In this document: in pieces, positions 50,132 through 62,949 of the stretch
Numbering within the stretch: the first letter of the stretch is position 1
How the letters are laid out: the number at the start of each line of letters is the position of its first letter
NCBI RefSeq assembly: GCF_964194025.1
Contig: NC_134472.1
Location: forward strand, 51,584,001-51,648,000
Origin: Convolutriloba macropyga
Taxonomy: Eukaryota
Length of the DNA: 64,000 nt
Reading direction: 5' to 3'
Made by a program: the position numbers and the translations under genes
The notes under the pieces: generated by a model
Told to the model about the DNA's origin: nothing
Seen by the model: the letters and a program-made list of their open reading frames with translations, nothing else
The model's database searches: none

Positions 50132-50273
50132 TAAACCAACTAATGTCGGAAGAATTGCTCTCGAACGACAGGCGGGTAGAAAACAATTTTACCCTGGTCA
50201 AGCGAAAAATTTGCATAAAAAAGACCAACACGTTGACAATAATTGCTATGAACTTCATCCAAGAGCAATTAAA
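50132..50273 (-). mobile_element. Minimal (~140 bp) HINE family B copy lacking the Pol III cassette
   Basis: Same hairpin and subTIR aattgctctcgaacga (50153-50168), same other end ...caagagcaatt (50270). Confidence 0.75.
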
Positions 50274-51210
50274 CAATGCTCTATAACAAATTATTAAAAA
50301 TTCAGAGCTGAGCGAGACTATACTTTATGCTCCAAAGATTATACATTTGAAAAACAAAAAAAAACATTTCACTATGATAATGCGGGAAAACTGTTCTCTA
50401 GACCCCTTTATAAATACTGTTATTGAGCCGTAAACGTAGCACAATACACAAACATTCAATCAACTCAAAATGCAAAAGCAGTAAGCTTACTGCCGAAAAG
50501 TATGCATAGTACATGAAAATTTATTTACATAAGCCATAATGGACGAAAAAAGCCTTGATTTTCTTCACCTCGATTGGGATAGAGGATGGATGCAATTAAA
50601 TTGACGTGAGCTCTCAAAAACAATAAGAGCACAACATTTCCATTAAATTTGACAGCTACTTCTTACAGCCAAAATTGAAGCCTGGTAGTGTCACTCAATG
50701 AAAAAAATACAGATCTGAGATCAGTAGACTGATGTTACAGATACTGTCGACAAATTTTTGGCAGTCTTTCCTGTTTGAATTTGTTTTTAAAATGCGTAGC
50801 TGTTGAGCAGTTCTTTTCAAACAGAAATGAAGAATGAAGCGGCTGCAGAAAGTATTACGCAGAAAATATTTTTTCAGAAAAATATTACGCAAAAGTAGGT
50901 ACGACAGGGAAAAACAAAACGGAGAAAAGGCTCGACAAAGGAAAAGCATTGCACTAATGTTCATGTATTACCATCCGGATTTAAAATACCAAAAATATGG
51001 CAAAGACTGCTATCAAAGCAGATTCAAAATCCTGACTTTTTAATATAAACATAAAATGGAAAGACCACCTAATATTTTGAAATATATCGACAATTTTATC
51101 AGCTGTTTTGAAAGTTTCCGAAGCTCTCAATTAAACACATAAGAGCGCAGATGGATGATTTGAAATTGAAACCATTGTGTTCTTGCAGTTGGCAAAAGAA
51201 GGTTCTGACA

Positions 51211-51603
51211 TAACCGACTAACGCCGGAAGAATTGCTCTCAAATGACTATGGAGAGCTCAAATCTATTGCGGCACGCTTCAGTCGAGGTGATGGGGAACT
51301 AAATCCAATGGAGGGTGGGCTTCAAATGACGTCATTAGAGGTTATTATATACCACTATAACCACTAATAAATTAATTGGAAAAAGAATAGACCAAATTCG
51401 ACGCATTTTTTGTTTGACTTTTAGAACAGAACTGCCGCCACTTGAGTTCAGCTGCTGACACTAGTTACTGACAGAAATTTAGATCATGAAAAACAAAAAA
51501 GTAAAGGGCGTAAAAGTCACTCAAAAAGTCAAAACGATCAAGCGAAAAATCAAAAAGATCAACGTTTACAATAATTGCTTGAAACTTCTTTCGAGAGCAA
51601 TAA
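51211..51603 (-). mobile_element. HINE family B copy with different internal sequence
   Basis: aaccgactaacgccggaagaattgctctc ... tttacaataattgcttgaaacttctttcgagagcaat; 51250-51480 does not match the other copies. Confidence 0.65.
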
Positions 51604-51899
51604 ATACACCACTTTCAATAATTTCTCAGATTAGCAAACATCATTCAGACAAAATCAAAACACCCAGACAACTGCATAAAATTTTACTGTCTTGAGTTCA
51701 AGATGAAAAGAAACACAATCAACAAAATTAACCATTTCAGAAAAAATGTGGCTGGCTTCTTGTTACAAGATGCCTAGCACGAGGCATTGAGAACACATCA
51801 AGATTAGTCCCAAGTGATCAAAACAAAAAATGATTCTTTCCATCTCATGTCAACACAGACATAGCCAATTAAATTGCTCTTAAAGCAAATGAGAAATCA

Positions 51900-54800
51900 A
51901 TTCTGTTTAGATAATACGTTCTTAGAACTGAACAACGTCATAGAATAAATGCTTGAGAGCAAATAAACAAAGGCATCAATAGTTCCAACTTTCTGGCAAC
52001 AAAAAATCATTCACTTAATTTCTGGAAGAAATTAAGCGAAGTACTGGTGAGGAAGCAAAGATGGTGACTGTAGCTGCGAAGGCTGGTCTCGTAATGATGT
52101 TAGTACATGTCATCGCTTACCAAGTGGAGGTAAAGGCCCAAAGCCGATAATTGCCAAGTTTGTCAGACGTGATACTCAACATCAGTTGATGAAGAAAAAA
52201 AGGAACTAAGAAAACACTAACATATTTGCTAATGATGACCTCATCCCAATTCGTGCCAAGATAACTAGTGAATTGAGGAAGAGGGAAAACGTTTGTAATG
52301 TTCTTACCGTAAAATTATTGTATTTACGCGAGATAATGAAAAGATTATGTTCGATAATCTGTACAAGTTCCAAATGTGTAATAATGAGCTATTCTCTGAT
52401 GTGTGAGAATGTAAGATGCTTTTTAAAAAACTGGGATATCTGACGCATCAGTTTGCGCATTGACGTTTCTTTTATATGCTGAACTATTTTTGAACCACTT
52501 CGGTGACATCCAGCGATATCCGGGCCCTGAAAATGAATACAAAAGTTTTCAAAGTTTGGGAGAAATGTAAAAATTTACGCGTTGCTCATAAAACTTTCAA
52601 AACGTATCCAACAAGCGTTTGCAACTGGAGTCTTTTGTTAATGAAATAATGCTACTGTGGGTATATCAGAAAGTTGGTTGACAGAAGATGATAAAACGTC
52701 CTTACGGAATGTGGACGTTGTGGGTATATCAGAAAGTTGGTTGACAGCAGATGATAAAATGGCCTTCCGGAATGTAGTTCCCAATATTCCTGAACTATTT
52801 AGATATGAAAGAAGTTGAATAAACTCAAAAACAAAAGGGGAGATGAAGCTTTTTGTGCCCTTGAAACTTGCTCCAAATCATACGGATTTAAAACTGTTTG
52901 ATTAATCAACATACCACTCATTGTGGGTTGAAAGTCGGTGCAATTTTTCAAACAACCGCAGGTCTATAATGCTTTTGAATATAACATACAACCCCCTCAA
53001 GTTATATCAGAATGAGTTCCTTGAGCCTTTTTTGACAAATATAGACAATTCATCTTGCGAATCCATTCCTATCATTCTATTCGGTGATTATAACTTAGAT
53101 TACCTTAATCTCTGCTTTAAAAAATCTGGACTGAGTAGTTCTACCCTACGGTTTTACAATAGCTAGTCAAAATTAACCTACGGGTGTATGTAAGACAATG
53201 AAAACTCACAATGATTACATTTCAAACCAAAACGCTGCCAACGATAAAAAAGCTTTGTATTTGAAAGTGCTTTCAAAACCGACAAGTTTGGTTCTGTATT
53301 ATTTACAGAAGTAAGCGTTAGAAAACAAAATGAATCATATTAAAAACATTTGATAGGAAAAAGTATGATAAAATCTCGTTTTGCAAATCGTCGTCAGACA
53401 TGCTATGGTTCAAAGTATATTAATGTTCGAATGCAAATGATATTTTATATATGTTTATTTATCTCCTATCAAGTTCAGTGGAAAAGCATGCATCCCTTAA
53501 GGTATTTTTAAAGAAGAGAAGTCTAAAACTGTTTAAGGAAATGTGGTTTGACGAGGAGTGCAAAAGTTTACTGCGTGAACATCAAACGTATGAGAATTTA
53601 TTTGAATTCACCACCAGAAAATAGGTCACTATACAGTAAGATTCAAAATAGATTGTCTAATATATTGAAAGAAAAACATGAGAAGTTCTCTCCCTGGGTA
53701 CTGCTAAAGATTGCTGGAGCTTTATTAATAATGTTAGTGGGATAAATAAGCAACTGTAAACATTGTAAACAGCAGAAAACATTCTTTCGGTGATATGATT
53801 GTTGACAAAAAAATTGCAGAATAATTTAATTTTGTGTTCTCAAACCTAGGGCAGTATTGTGGTGAGAAAAACAAGAATGACCATTTTTTGATGTTGTCGA
53901 CTCATCATCTTTTGATTTTTGGCCAATATCAGATAAATATTATTTTGGTATCAGAGTGCTAAATCCCAGCAAACCAACTGGTCCTTCTAAGGTACCCCCT
54001 TGGGCTATTATTGATGGTAAGCAAATTCTGGAACCCAACCTGACGTTCGATATATATCAATGCCTTAATGACTGTATTTTTCCTACGATTCTCAAAAGAG
54101 CTGACATAACATCAATCTATAAAAAAGGTGACATCACGGTCCCTGTAAACTATCGTCCTATCTCGATAACTACTTCAATTTCTAAAAAATTTTAAAAACT
54201 TCCACAACCGAATCACACATTATACAGATTAGAAAATTACTATCGTCGCTTCAAATTGGATTTCGATGTATGGTATCAGCACCAGATGCCATTCTATTCT
54301 TCATTGAATCAGTCCAACATGAAATTGATAGTGGTAATAAAGTTGATGCCATTTTGCTCGTTTATCAAAAGCTTTCGACGCACAATCACACCAAATCCTT
54401 TTGAAAAAATTACAATCTCAACTTCTGCATTACAGGTCAAAAAATGTTTTCTTCCGGATCGCACACAAGTTTGTCTTAATGGAGTTGTGTCAAATTGCAT
54501 TGCGCTAAAAAAGCAAGGTTCTCAGGGGACACTCATAAAATCACTTTTTATCAACTTATATATAAATGACCTCACAAATTAGGTAAGTAAAACTGGTAAG
54601 TTTTTGCAGTATGCGGATGATCGTTTATTGTTTTGCAGTAAAAAAAATCTGATATTGCCATTAACTCTTTGCACAAAAACATTAAAAGTTTGGAAACAGA
54701 CTTTTGTATCAATAGGTTAAACTTGAATGCCAAAAAACTGAGTTTATTACGGTCCCGCGCAAAAATGATGACAGACTTAACGATTCTGAGACTGTAGTTG

Positions 54801-55480
54801 TAGGAACAGCAACATTAAAAAAACCAGTGTAAATATTTAGGTGTTAACACAGAGAGTCAACTTTATTTTTAAACACAAGTGAAAAAAGTTATGGCTCTTG
54901 TAATCAAAACAATTAAAATTGTTCAACATAGATTTCCTACCACAGTATTACGCACGCGTTTTCACGCACTTGTCATTAGTCATTTAGAGTACTGTTTTAT
55001 TTCTCGTTCAAATCAGTTCAACTTTGGTGCTTTCTTTGGAGAAACAGATAATTAGGAAGTGTCGTTTTTTTTCGTTCTAGTATCAAGTCGTCGAATGACT
55101 TAAGAAAACGTAAAGATGTAATCGTTATAAGAGAGCTGATCGAGTTGAAAACTTTAACGTAGTACTTCCAATACATTAGAAATATGAAGAGCCTTTCAAC
55201 GAGTTTAAATTTACGTACGGTCAGCTACAGGATTAACAAGCGCACTAACCAAATAATTTTTTTGGGAGTACTCCATCTGTTTCATCTTCTAAATCATTCC
55301 TTAATCATGTATCGTTGAAGTGGAACTCTTTACCATTGTACCTCCGAGATAGAAGTATAAGTTCTCAGATGTTCAAAAGTCGATTGAAAAAATTCTTGAT
55401 AGCCGAGTCAACAGCAGTTCCTATCCAACAAACTAGCACATGGTGTGACTTCCGCTTCACATGACCTGTGACCAGTTAAA
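51900..55480 (+). mobile_element. Near full-length decayed CR1/L2-group LINE (ORF1 + APE-RT ORF2)
   Basis: ORF1 remnants CHRLP..PKPIIAKFVRR and IFANDDL; ORF2 GDIQRYPGP, GISESWL (duplicated), YNP, GDYN, KPTGPSKVPPWA, NYRPISIT, QYADD (~54607), KWNSLP; many stops. Confidence 0.85.
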
Positions 55481-55765
55481 TTTGAATAAACTATTTGTGC
55501 TTCTACATAAATCATTTACACTTATTGTGTATTTAGCGACAGCTATCCCTTTACAAAAATATATTGTTCTCTCTCTCTCTCCCACACACACACACATAGT
55601 CCCTATTATCAATTGCTTTATACCTCGGACCTTTGCTTTCGCTAATTGTTCAATTGGATGCCGGCCTAGATCACTATATTCTGTGTGAAGTGACTCGAGG
55701 AGTGAACGTGGATGTTTGCCGCGTACATAATTTTCGGGTTAATATGAGTGACGTGTGTAAAATAG

Positions 55766-55996
55766 GTTTAAATAAACCGGGGAGAGCAGTCAGGTCTTTC
55801 AAACACAGTCTAGAATCAGCGACGTTATCTACAGCAGCAACTATTTCATCGTACTAAGAGAAATATGAAAGATCAGTCAGGAAAGCCAGTTTAAATAAAC
55901 CGGGGAGAGCAGTCAGGTCTTTCAAACACAGTCTAGAATCAGCGACGTTATCTACAGCAGCAACTATTTCATCGTACTAAGAGAAATATGAAAGAT
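55766..55996. repeat. Perfect 108 bp direct duplication with 15 bp spacer
   Basis: 55766-55873 = 55889-55996; spacer cagtcaggaaagcca. Confidence 0.95.
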
Positions 55997-56235
55997 TTAT
56001 ATTAATGTATTGTTTTCAAGCGAATATTACAACAGAAACAAATTAATTTCGCTTAAGAAAATAAAGAAATCAAATTAAGGCGAAAGACATTTGATATGAA
56101 AACTAAGCAGCATGAAATTTAAAAAACTATAACTACGGTATTCAAAGACGACAGATCGAGGCTTGTTCGTATTAATCACCTGAGCGGAAAGAACAGAATA
56201 GGCTAATTAAAGGTTCGACTAATCCAACGCTTCGT

Positions 56236-56916
56236 TTACTTTCCTTCTTTCAATAGGGCCATTCGACCTGGACATAGCTGATCCGTTACTTTGGCAAGAG
56301 GCTCGAACTCTTTGTAGTCGACCATGTGGAACTCAGTAACAAAGTAAACAAAATGCTTGTAGCACTGATTGACATGAGCTTCGGATCCAAGTGAAACAAT
56401 TGGTTCGAAGTGATGAATATATACATGGATGAAGACCCGGTACAACCGAGTCAGAATTTTTTTGCAGAGAGCTGGAAAATGCTTTGGAAACGGAACATCG
56501 GTGGTTGTTGGGAACTCTTTTGGGTTGTTTATTTTGGATTCAATCCAGTCCATTAGATGGGTCATGTATTCAGGAGCTGGCAAAGCTGTTGGCTTTTTAT
56601 TAGTTTCATCAGCCCAAAAATATTCAAACTTCGTACCCCCACTCATTTTTGGGCAAGTAGTGACTGTGCAGTACTCACTGATAACACCATAAATTAAATT
56701 TACGCGATTAAAGAAGTCAACAACATGAACAGCCAGCCAGTCGTTTCGCTCTTCCTTTGGAGGTAATTTTACAATTTCAGCAAAATCTAAGCCTGCTTTC
56801 AAAGATGCTTTGGCATACTTGTGCAGGCTGGAGTGACCTGAGCCATCTTCAAACTTCTTTTTCGGACGAAATGTTTGGTCCTTTTTTCCACGAACGAGTC
56901 CTTTGATATAAGACAT
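56236..56916 (-). CDS. MOB3: MOB kinase activator 3-like (226 aa, uninterrupted)
   Basis: [59 protein letters not shown]; first ATG at 56916 (the ORF track starts upstream at a non-ATG codon). Confidence 0.93.
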   Translation of the reverse strand: MSYIKGLVRGKKDQTFRPKKKFEDGSGHSSLHKYAKASLKAGLDFAEIVKLPPKEERNDWLAVHVVDFFNRVNLIYGVISEYCTVTTCPKMSGGTKFEYFWADETNKKPTALPAPEYMTHLMDWIESKINNPKEFPTTTDVPFPKHFPALCKKILTRLYRVFIHVYIHHFEPIVSLGSEAHVNQCYKHFVYFVTEFHMVDYKEFEPLAKVTDQLCPGRMALLKEGK

Positions 56917-57935
56917 CAAAACTAAAAAGATAGTATTGACTGTACAATAGTAGTATGGGATTCTGCAAGCGCTCGGAGCAGCCTTCTTGACATTTGAATA
57001 AATATTCAATCTGATGTACCGACAGAATACAACACTATAAAAATTACTTCAACTGGAATGATAATTAACATGTCCTCATATAACAGAAAAACGGGAGGAA
57101 AAGTTAGACTTTAGAAAAAATAATCACTATCTTACGAGAAGTTTCTAAGAACTTGTTAACACTGCTCCCCAAAGCTATTGACCTTGGTTACTAAACTTGG
57201 TGATTCTGAAATAAAATGCAAGGCTAATTTTCAAGATATCTTGATCAAAGGCATTAGCGCCATCAAATCTTCAGAGTACAAAGGTTGTCATTTCTCCGAT
57301 CCCGATGTGTTCACGCTCGTTGAACTTATAGCCCGGCCAATCTGTTTTTTCTCCCTTCATTTATTCCACTTCGCAGTCAGTTATCGCGACGGATTTTACT
57401 TCTCGTTTTAGGAAATCAATCAGCCGGCCCTGCGACGACATCACTCTCAACCCACTGCACAATTCGCACTAGGGATCTTAAACAGCGATGTTTTATGGTG
57501 CTATGAGCGCATCAACTACCATTATGCTTGATGCTAAGACCTTACTGATCTAAATATTTAAATAAGGAACACATCTGCGTAATCTGTAGGTCAGACAATT
57601 TTGAACTCGCTGTCAACAAAAATCCAAAGACGGGATTCAAAAACAACAGCAGTCTACGGATTTCGATGCTTTTGCGCAAATAAAATCAAAATTTCTTCCC
57701 CGTTCTCAGTGAAGACTTGTCTTCCGCAGTAAAAACCAAAAACAGTTCAGTCTCTTTTGGCCAGAATAATTTTCACAAACCTTAACTAACCGAAATCAAA
57801 CAGTTAAGGCTTCGCCTCAAACAAACAATTAATCGCTCAATTGCTCCCCCGATGACACGGTAGCTCTCATTTCTCTTTAAAATTGAAGCAATTCAGACTA
57901 GATTCCTCAAATAGTGCAAAACGAATGCCGGATAT

Positions 57936-59427
57936 GTAGTAGTAGTAGTAGTAGTAGTAGTAGGAGAGTCTTTAGGGTCGGAGCCCTCGGGTGTGGAACC
58001 CTTCAGTTTTCGTTTGGCACGAGTTTTTTCATTGGTTTGCAGATTCCACAGTTGCATAGAAGTCTCCAGGTGCAGCTGTCGAGTTCGTTGTAGCTTCTGT
58101 GGAAATAGTTTTGGTACATCTCTGTCAGAAGTTTCTTCGTCATTGGCTTCTCCGTTGTCCTACTGATGATGTTGAATAGCTTTGTGGCTCTGAAGAAAAA
58201 ATTTTCGTCTGATTTATGTAGTCGGTGTTTGGGGAGTTCAAATTCCTGCTTTTGTCTTGTTTCGTTTTCTTTTCGCTTTGGCAGTTTGTCTTCGGGGACG
58301 TAGTAATTGCCTTCTAGGATTGAGAGGAGATAGAGGACATCGTGCATTTCCATGTACATGGAGAGTGGGAGTATTTTCAGCGTTTCGAGTCTTTGATGGT
58401 ATTCGTCGTTTCCACCGCATATCCACTTTGTTGCCTTTTGCTGGATCTTCTCGATTGATTTCATGTCAGTCTTCGAAGGGTACCAGACTTGGGAGGCGTA
58501 AGTGAGTACGGGCACTACGTATCCTATGTAAGCGTTCAGTTTCGTTTCCATTGAGGTTCTGCTCGAAACATTTCGTTTGAGTGTGTAGAAGGCTTTCCAC
58601 GCTTTGGTTGTTCTAAGTTGGCAGTTTGCGCTCCAAGAGAGATTTCGAGACATTACGACTCCGAGATCTTTTTGGGTGGCAACGGTTTCAAGACCTGCTT
58701 CGTCACGCTGGGCTAGATCCCCTCTGATGAGGAGAGTTTTACTTTTGCTAACATTTAGGTCCATATGGTTTGCTTTGCTCCATTTCTGTATTTCCCCGAG
58801 AGTGGTCTCGCATTCGTGTTCACCGTGGGTAATTGCTTTGAAATCATCCGCGTATCCGAAGGCCGGGATGTCTGAGATTTCTTCGGGGAGATCGTCAATG
58901 TAGATGATGAACATCAGAGGCCCCAAAATTGATCCCTGAGGTACTCCGCTGGTTACATTTCTGGTCTTTGATTTGCTTGTTCCAATTTTGACGCGTTGCG
59001 TTCGGTTTGTGAGATAGCTTTCGAGTAGTTGGAGTAGCTTTCCTCCGAGGCCAATGTTCTCGAGCTTCTGGATGAGTCTTTTGTGCGCTACTTTGTCAAA
59101 GGCTTTTCTGAAGTCAACATACAGAGTTCGAATGTCATTGCATTTTTTCGATTCAAGTTGCTGGTATAGTTCGTCTGTGAAGAGGATGAGTTGAAGTACT
59201 GCTGATCGTTTCTTTCTGAAACCGTGTTGGGAGTCAGAGAGGGTTCTTTCTATTGGTGGGTAAAGCCGTTCGAAGATGACTTTCTCGAAGACTTTTGAGA
59301 CGTTCTTCAATAGACTTATTGGTCGATACTGTGTGATGTCTGCTTTGTCGTTTTCTTTGTAGATCGGGGTGATCTCACTTGTTTTCCAGCTCTCTGGGAA
59401 TTTTCCTTTATTAAGGCAGGTTTGGAA
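57936..59427 (-). mobile_element. Young 5'-truncated CR1/L2-group LINE: intact RT C-terminal half, 40 nt 3' UTR, (TAC)9 tail
   Basis: Frame open 59427-58003: YRPISLL, QHGFRKKRS, DFRKAFDKV, GVPQGSILGP, YADD, KDLGV, C-terminal CTWRLLCNCGIC; (tag)9 at 57937-57963. Confidence 0.92.
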
Positions 59428-59899
59428 TCAATTCTCAAGGCAGGTTTGGCTATCTTTCTCAATTCAATTATCCTATGGAAAAGCTAAAACCTGTACTACT
59501 AGTAGTAGTGTCATCCAGCTTCAGTTAGGTGAACCAAACGGAGGAATTTTGAATAGGAGCCAAACTGCAGACAGAACTCTCCTGTAGACTTTTCAAATCA
59601 ATTGATTTTTTATTGACAAATCGATTTTCTCTCCAGCTTTACAGATACAACAGGATGGTTCATGTTCTAGCAGCCAGCTCACTCCATCACGCCGTAAAGA
59701 GTGATCAATATATCGAAAAGAAGGAACTTCTGCCTAAGATAACAACAGTTCCTGGGCTTTCATTTAACCCAAATATTAATAAAATGTAACTAAATTAATA
59801 AATGACCTTCCCCAGCATTGGGTGAAAATTCTCTGGTCCGTGGGCCCTCCCAGCACAACGTCTTCTTTAAGCATTTCGTATAGTTGAAATCTATCAATA

Positions 59900-62300
59900 C
59901 AAAGATATTATACATACATTAGCAGAGAAAAATGTGAAACAAAAGACCGAGAGCTTTAGAAAACAAACAACTAATGCCAAAAAGATTAGGCAAACTAACA
60001 GCCTCCCTTCTTCAACCACAGTTCCCATTGAAGCATCAACGATTTCGCGCCGCCTAAGTGTCCTTGAGCCTCGAATGCAGAGGATGGAAATCCTGAGGAT
60101 AGCAAAGCTCATTTTTGTCCTTAAATATGGTATGTCAACGTAGCTGTCCTGTATACGCGCAAAGAGCTTCAACGCCAGTTGTTTCAGCGCTTTTGAAGCT
60201 GATGGGCCTGCTCCGCCAATGCCTGCGAAGAAAAGTGGACGCAATGTTGCTTTCTCAACATCAATTACTCTTTGCTCATATTTGTTCTATTTAAAAGATT
60301 CACGGTACTCGTAGGCGTTGCTACTTCAAGGCAAACTTTTACATCAAAATATGTTTTGTTGAACCTTGGTTCATTATGTCACATACGGTTGCATCATCGG
60401 TTTCGGACAGTGCCGGGTAGGTTTCAAAGTGAACTTTTGATTGCATGCGCATGGTGACAAACACAAAATTTCGCTCTTCTTTAGGTCAAAATGATGTTGC
60501 CTCAATACCTTAGCGTTCAGACAGCTTGATACTCAGTTTTCACAAGCTATGTTAGGTGTGCGAATCAAATTCTTATTCATTTCGCTTGTAATTCTCTTCT
60601 TTCTCCTTTTTGATATCATGTAAAAACTGTTGTCGCTTTAGTTCGGCTTTGGGCAGAGAAAGGGATGAAGAACTTGACAGTTGAAATGATCATTCTCTTT
60701 CTTTTAAACGGTCTTCAGGATTAAGGATGTTCTGACCACCCTTTTTTATCATCAACGAAAATATATTCCGGTATTTTTGATTGTAGACAATATTCTATAA
60801 TGGAATAGGTAATAGTTTATCGTTGATTGATGTCTCACATTCATTTATCATGTCATCGAAAATAGTTGTTGTAGTACCAAAGTCAGTTGATTTTGAACCG
60901 ACTAACTGAACGGTTTATGAGCATGTTGATGTGAAACATTAGTATGACCGACCAGATTTTCAACAACAGTTTCTGCTGTCTAATAATTATTCTACAATTT
61001 TTTTTTTGCGTTATCAGAACCTATTACACTACCAAGTGTTCTGAAACAGTCGACTATTTCCATTTGGTCAGAAACAAACACCTGCTATGCTTTTCCAAAA
61101 CATGTTCTTTGGTAATAATATGGCTCCTGTTAATCAGCAACATATTTTTCCAATCCGTCGAAAAATTTTTCAGGTTATCAAGAACGCATAGATCGCTACC
61201 ATTGTCCGCATACCACTTCTGAATTTTAAGCAATCGTCAGCAATTTCATTTAGGCTGATAATAGCAAATCCGTTGATCGCATGGGTGTCACATGGGTGTT
61301 GTACCTTCCTGAGATTGTAGTGATTGTTTGTTAAAAAAACAAAACTAATGGTTCATGATATGAATTAAATAAAGAATGCTGGAGAGAAGGTCACAATTCC
61401 TCAATGCTTTTTAAACCAAGATCACGGTTGAGAAAATTGAAAACTCTTGTTTGCGTCGATGAACAAGATGGTTTCTCTATTATTAAGAGCATCTCTCAAG
61501 GAACAAATAGCATGTTTAATTCCTCCCTTTTGACTCATACATAGTTTTTAATCACCATTTAAAACCTTTAAATTTGTTCCAACCCACCTTGCAAGCGTTT
61601 TTCCAATAACTTGACCTAGGACCTCCACAATTCCTATCGGTCGTACATCAGGGCAATTCTCATGAGCTATCAACCGACATCAGTTATACGGAAGAAGAAA
61701 AGCTCTTCAACTGATTTTCGTTTTCACCCAAGTAAGAAAAATAGTCTGAAGAACACACCAGGTTTTCAAATCAAGTGCCAATTGAGCACAAGGAAGGACA
61801 TTGTTCGGAAAGGGGGATGGGTGATGCTGTTTTGAAATGTTTTCAAGGTAAAAATTCACCTAACTGACAGCAAAATTAGGAAATCAAACTATTTGAAAAA
61901 TGTATAGACATCATTATTTGCACAGCTTTATTAAAAGATGTCCCCAGACATTACTACAGATGGAAAACAATTTGCAAAACTTTGGAAAGTGTTCTCGGTT
62001 TTTCGCTGTAGTAATGATTTCGAAACGCTTTAACCGTATCATTGTAGTAATGGTATTCTTATCAGTATCTCTCACATTCTGCAGTAATTTCGCCAAAACT
62101 AGATTGCTGACTTCTGTAGGTGGAATGCACAACAATGCGGCCATTCCTTTTGTTTCGCGTGCTGCTCCTGAATAACTAGCAGGTTCTGTTTTTTTACTTT
62201 GAAAGATCCTTTGGTAGCACAAAATTCTAGGTGGCTCTCAAAAACGTTGGAACCTGCAAAAGCCTCCAGCAGTAACTTCTAAGGTACACAGAGGGCTGCA
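59900..62300 (-). mobile_element. Decayed CRE-like (restriction-like endonuclease) non-LTR retrotransposon
   Basis: In order on minus strand: DVRPIGIVEVL (~61620-61650), EGTT, YADNG (~61200), KGG, PCAC...HC zinc-knuckle remnant, YFDVKV, PLFFAGIGG.GP...YLRTKMSFAILR..ILCIRGSR. Confidence 0.75.
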
Positions 62301-62949
62301 GCTCTGACTCAATTATTTTGTGCACTTTACTTTCTTTTTTTAAGACTATTAGCTATTTAATACTGGTATAAATCTCTTTTTAACTTGTCTTTGAAAATTT
62401 ATGCAACTTTAAATTTCCGAGTATTACTGCATATATTGGTTTTATTTGATAAAACCTTTCGTTTTGAAAATCGAGGCAAGAGATCAGGACAAACTAGAGC
62501 AGGAGAAATTTCAGGTAGCAGAGCAAGACAAAGCTAACTGAATCATCTTTTAAATAAAGTAATGAGTTCCGAATATATTCAAACCGAAACTTGTTTTACA
62601 ATCTGATACTTACTTTGTTTTGTTGAAAATCGCAAAACTCTGCCCGGTTTCCGGTTGTGACACTAAACTACACAACATAAAAACAAATCGCGCACTAGTT
62701 GTGAATTAACCCGGTAACTGTGGTGTTTTAACGCGTCACAGGTGTTAACGTTCGAGAAATTCCCCATTCAATATTTTTCAGAAAGATTCTTCATTCCAGA
62801 GAAAACACCAAAAAACCTCTAATAACGATCTTCACAAGAGTTAAAACTTCATATCTGCTCCCGGCTAACTACCTATTATATTGAAACTTCTCGCACTCCC
62901 AGTGGCTTGCTGTATTCGATCTCTTTCGGGCTTTCACGAAACTGCTCTT

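Noticed and set aside
12126-56916. Operon-like cluster, since all four genes are on the minus strand
   Set aside because: Four co-oriented genes are unremarkable by chance, and they are separated by 6-12 kb of repeats.
59790-59860. GC-rich segment as an HDV-like ribozyme
   Set aside because: Could not build the nested double pseudoknot by eye; more likely a retroelement 3' remnant.
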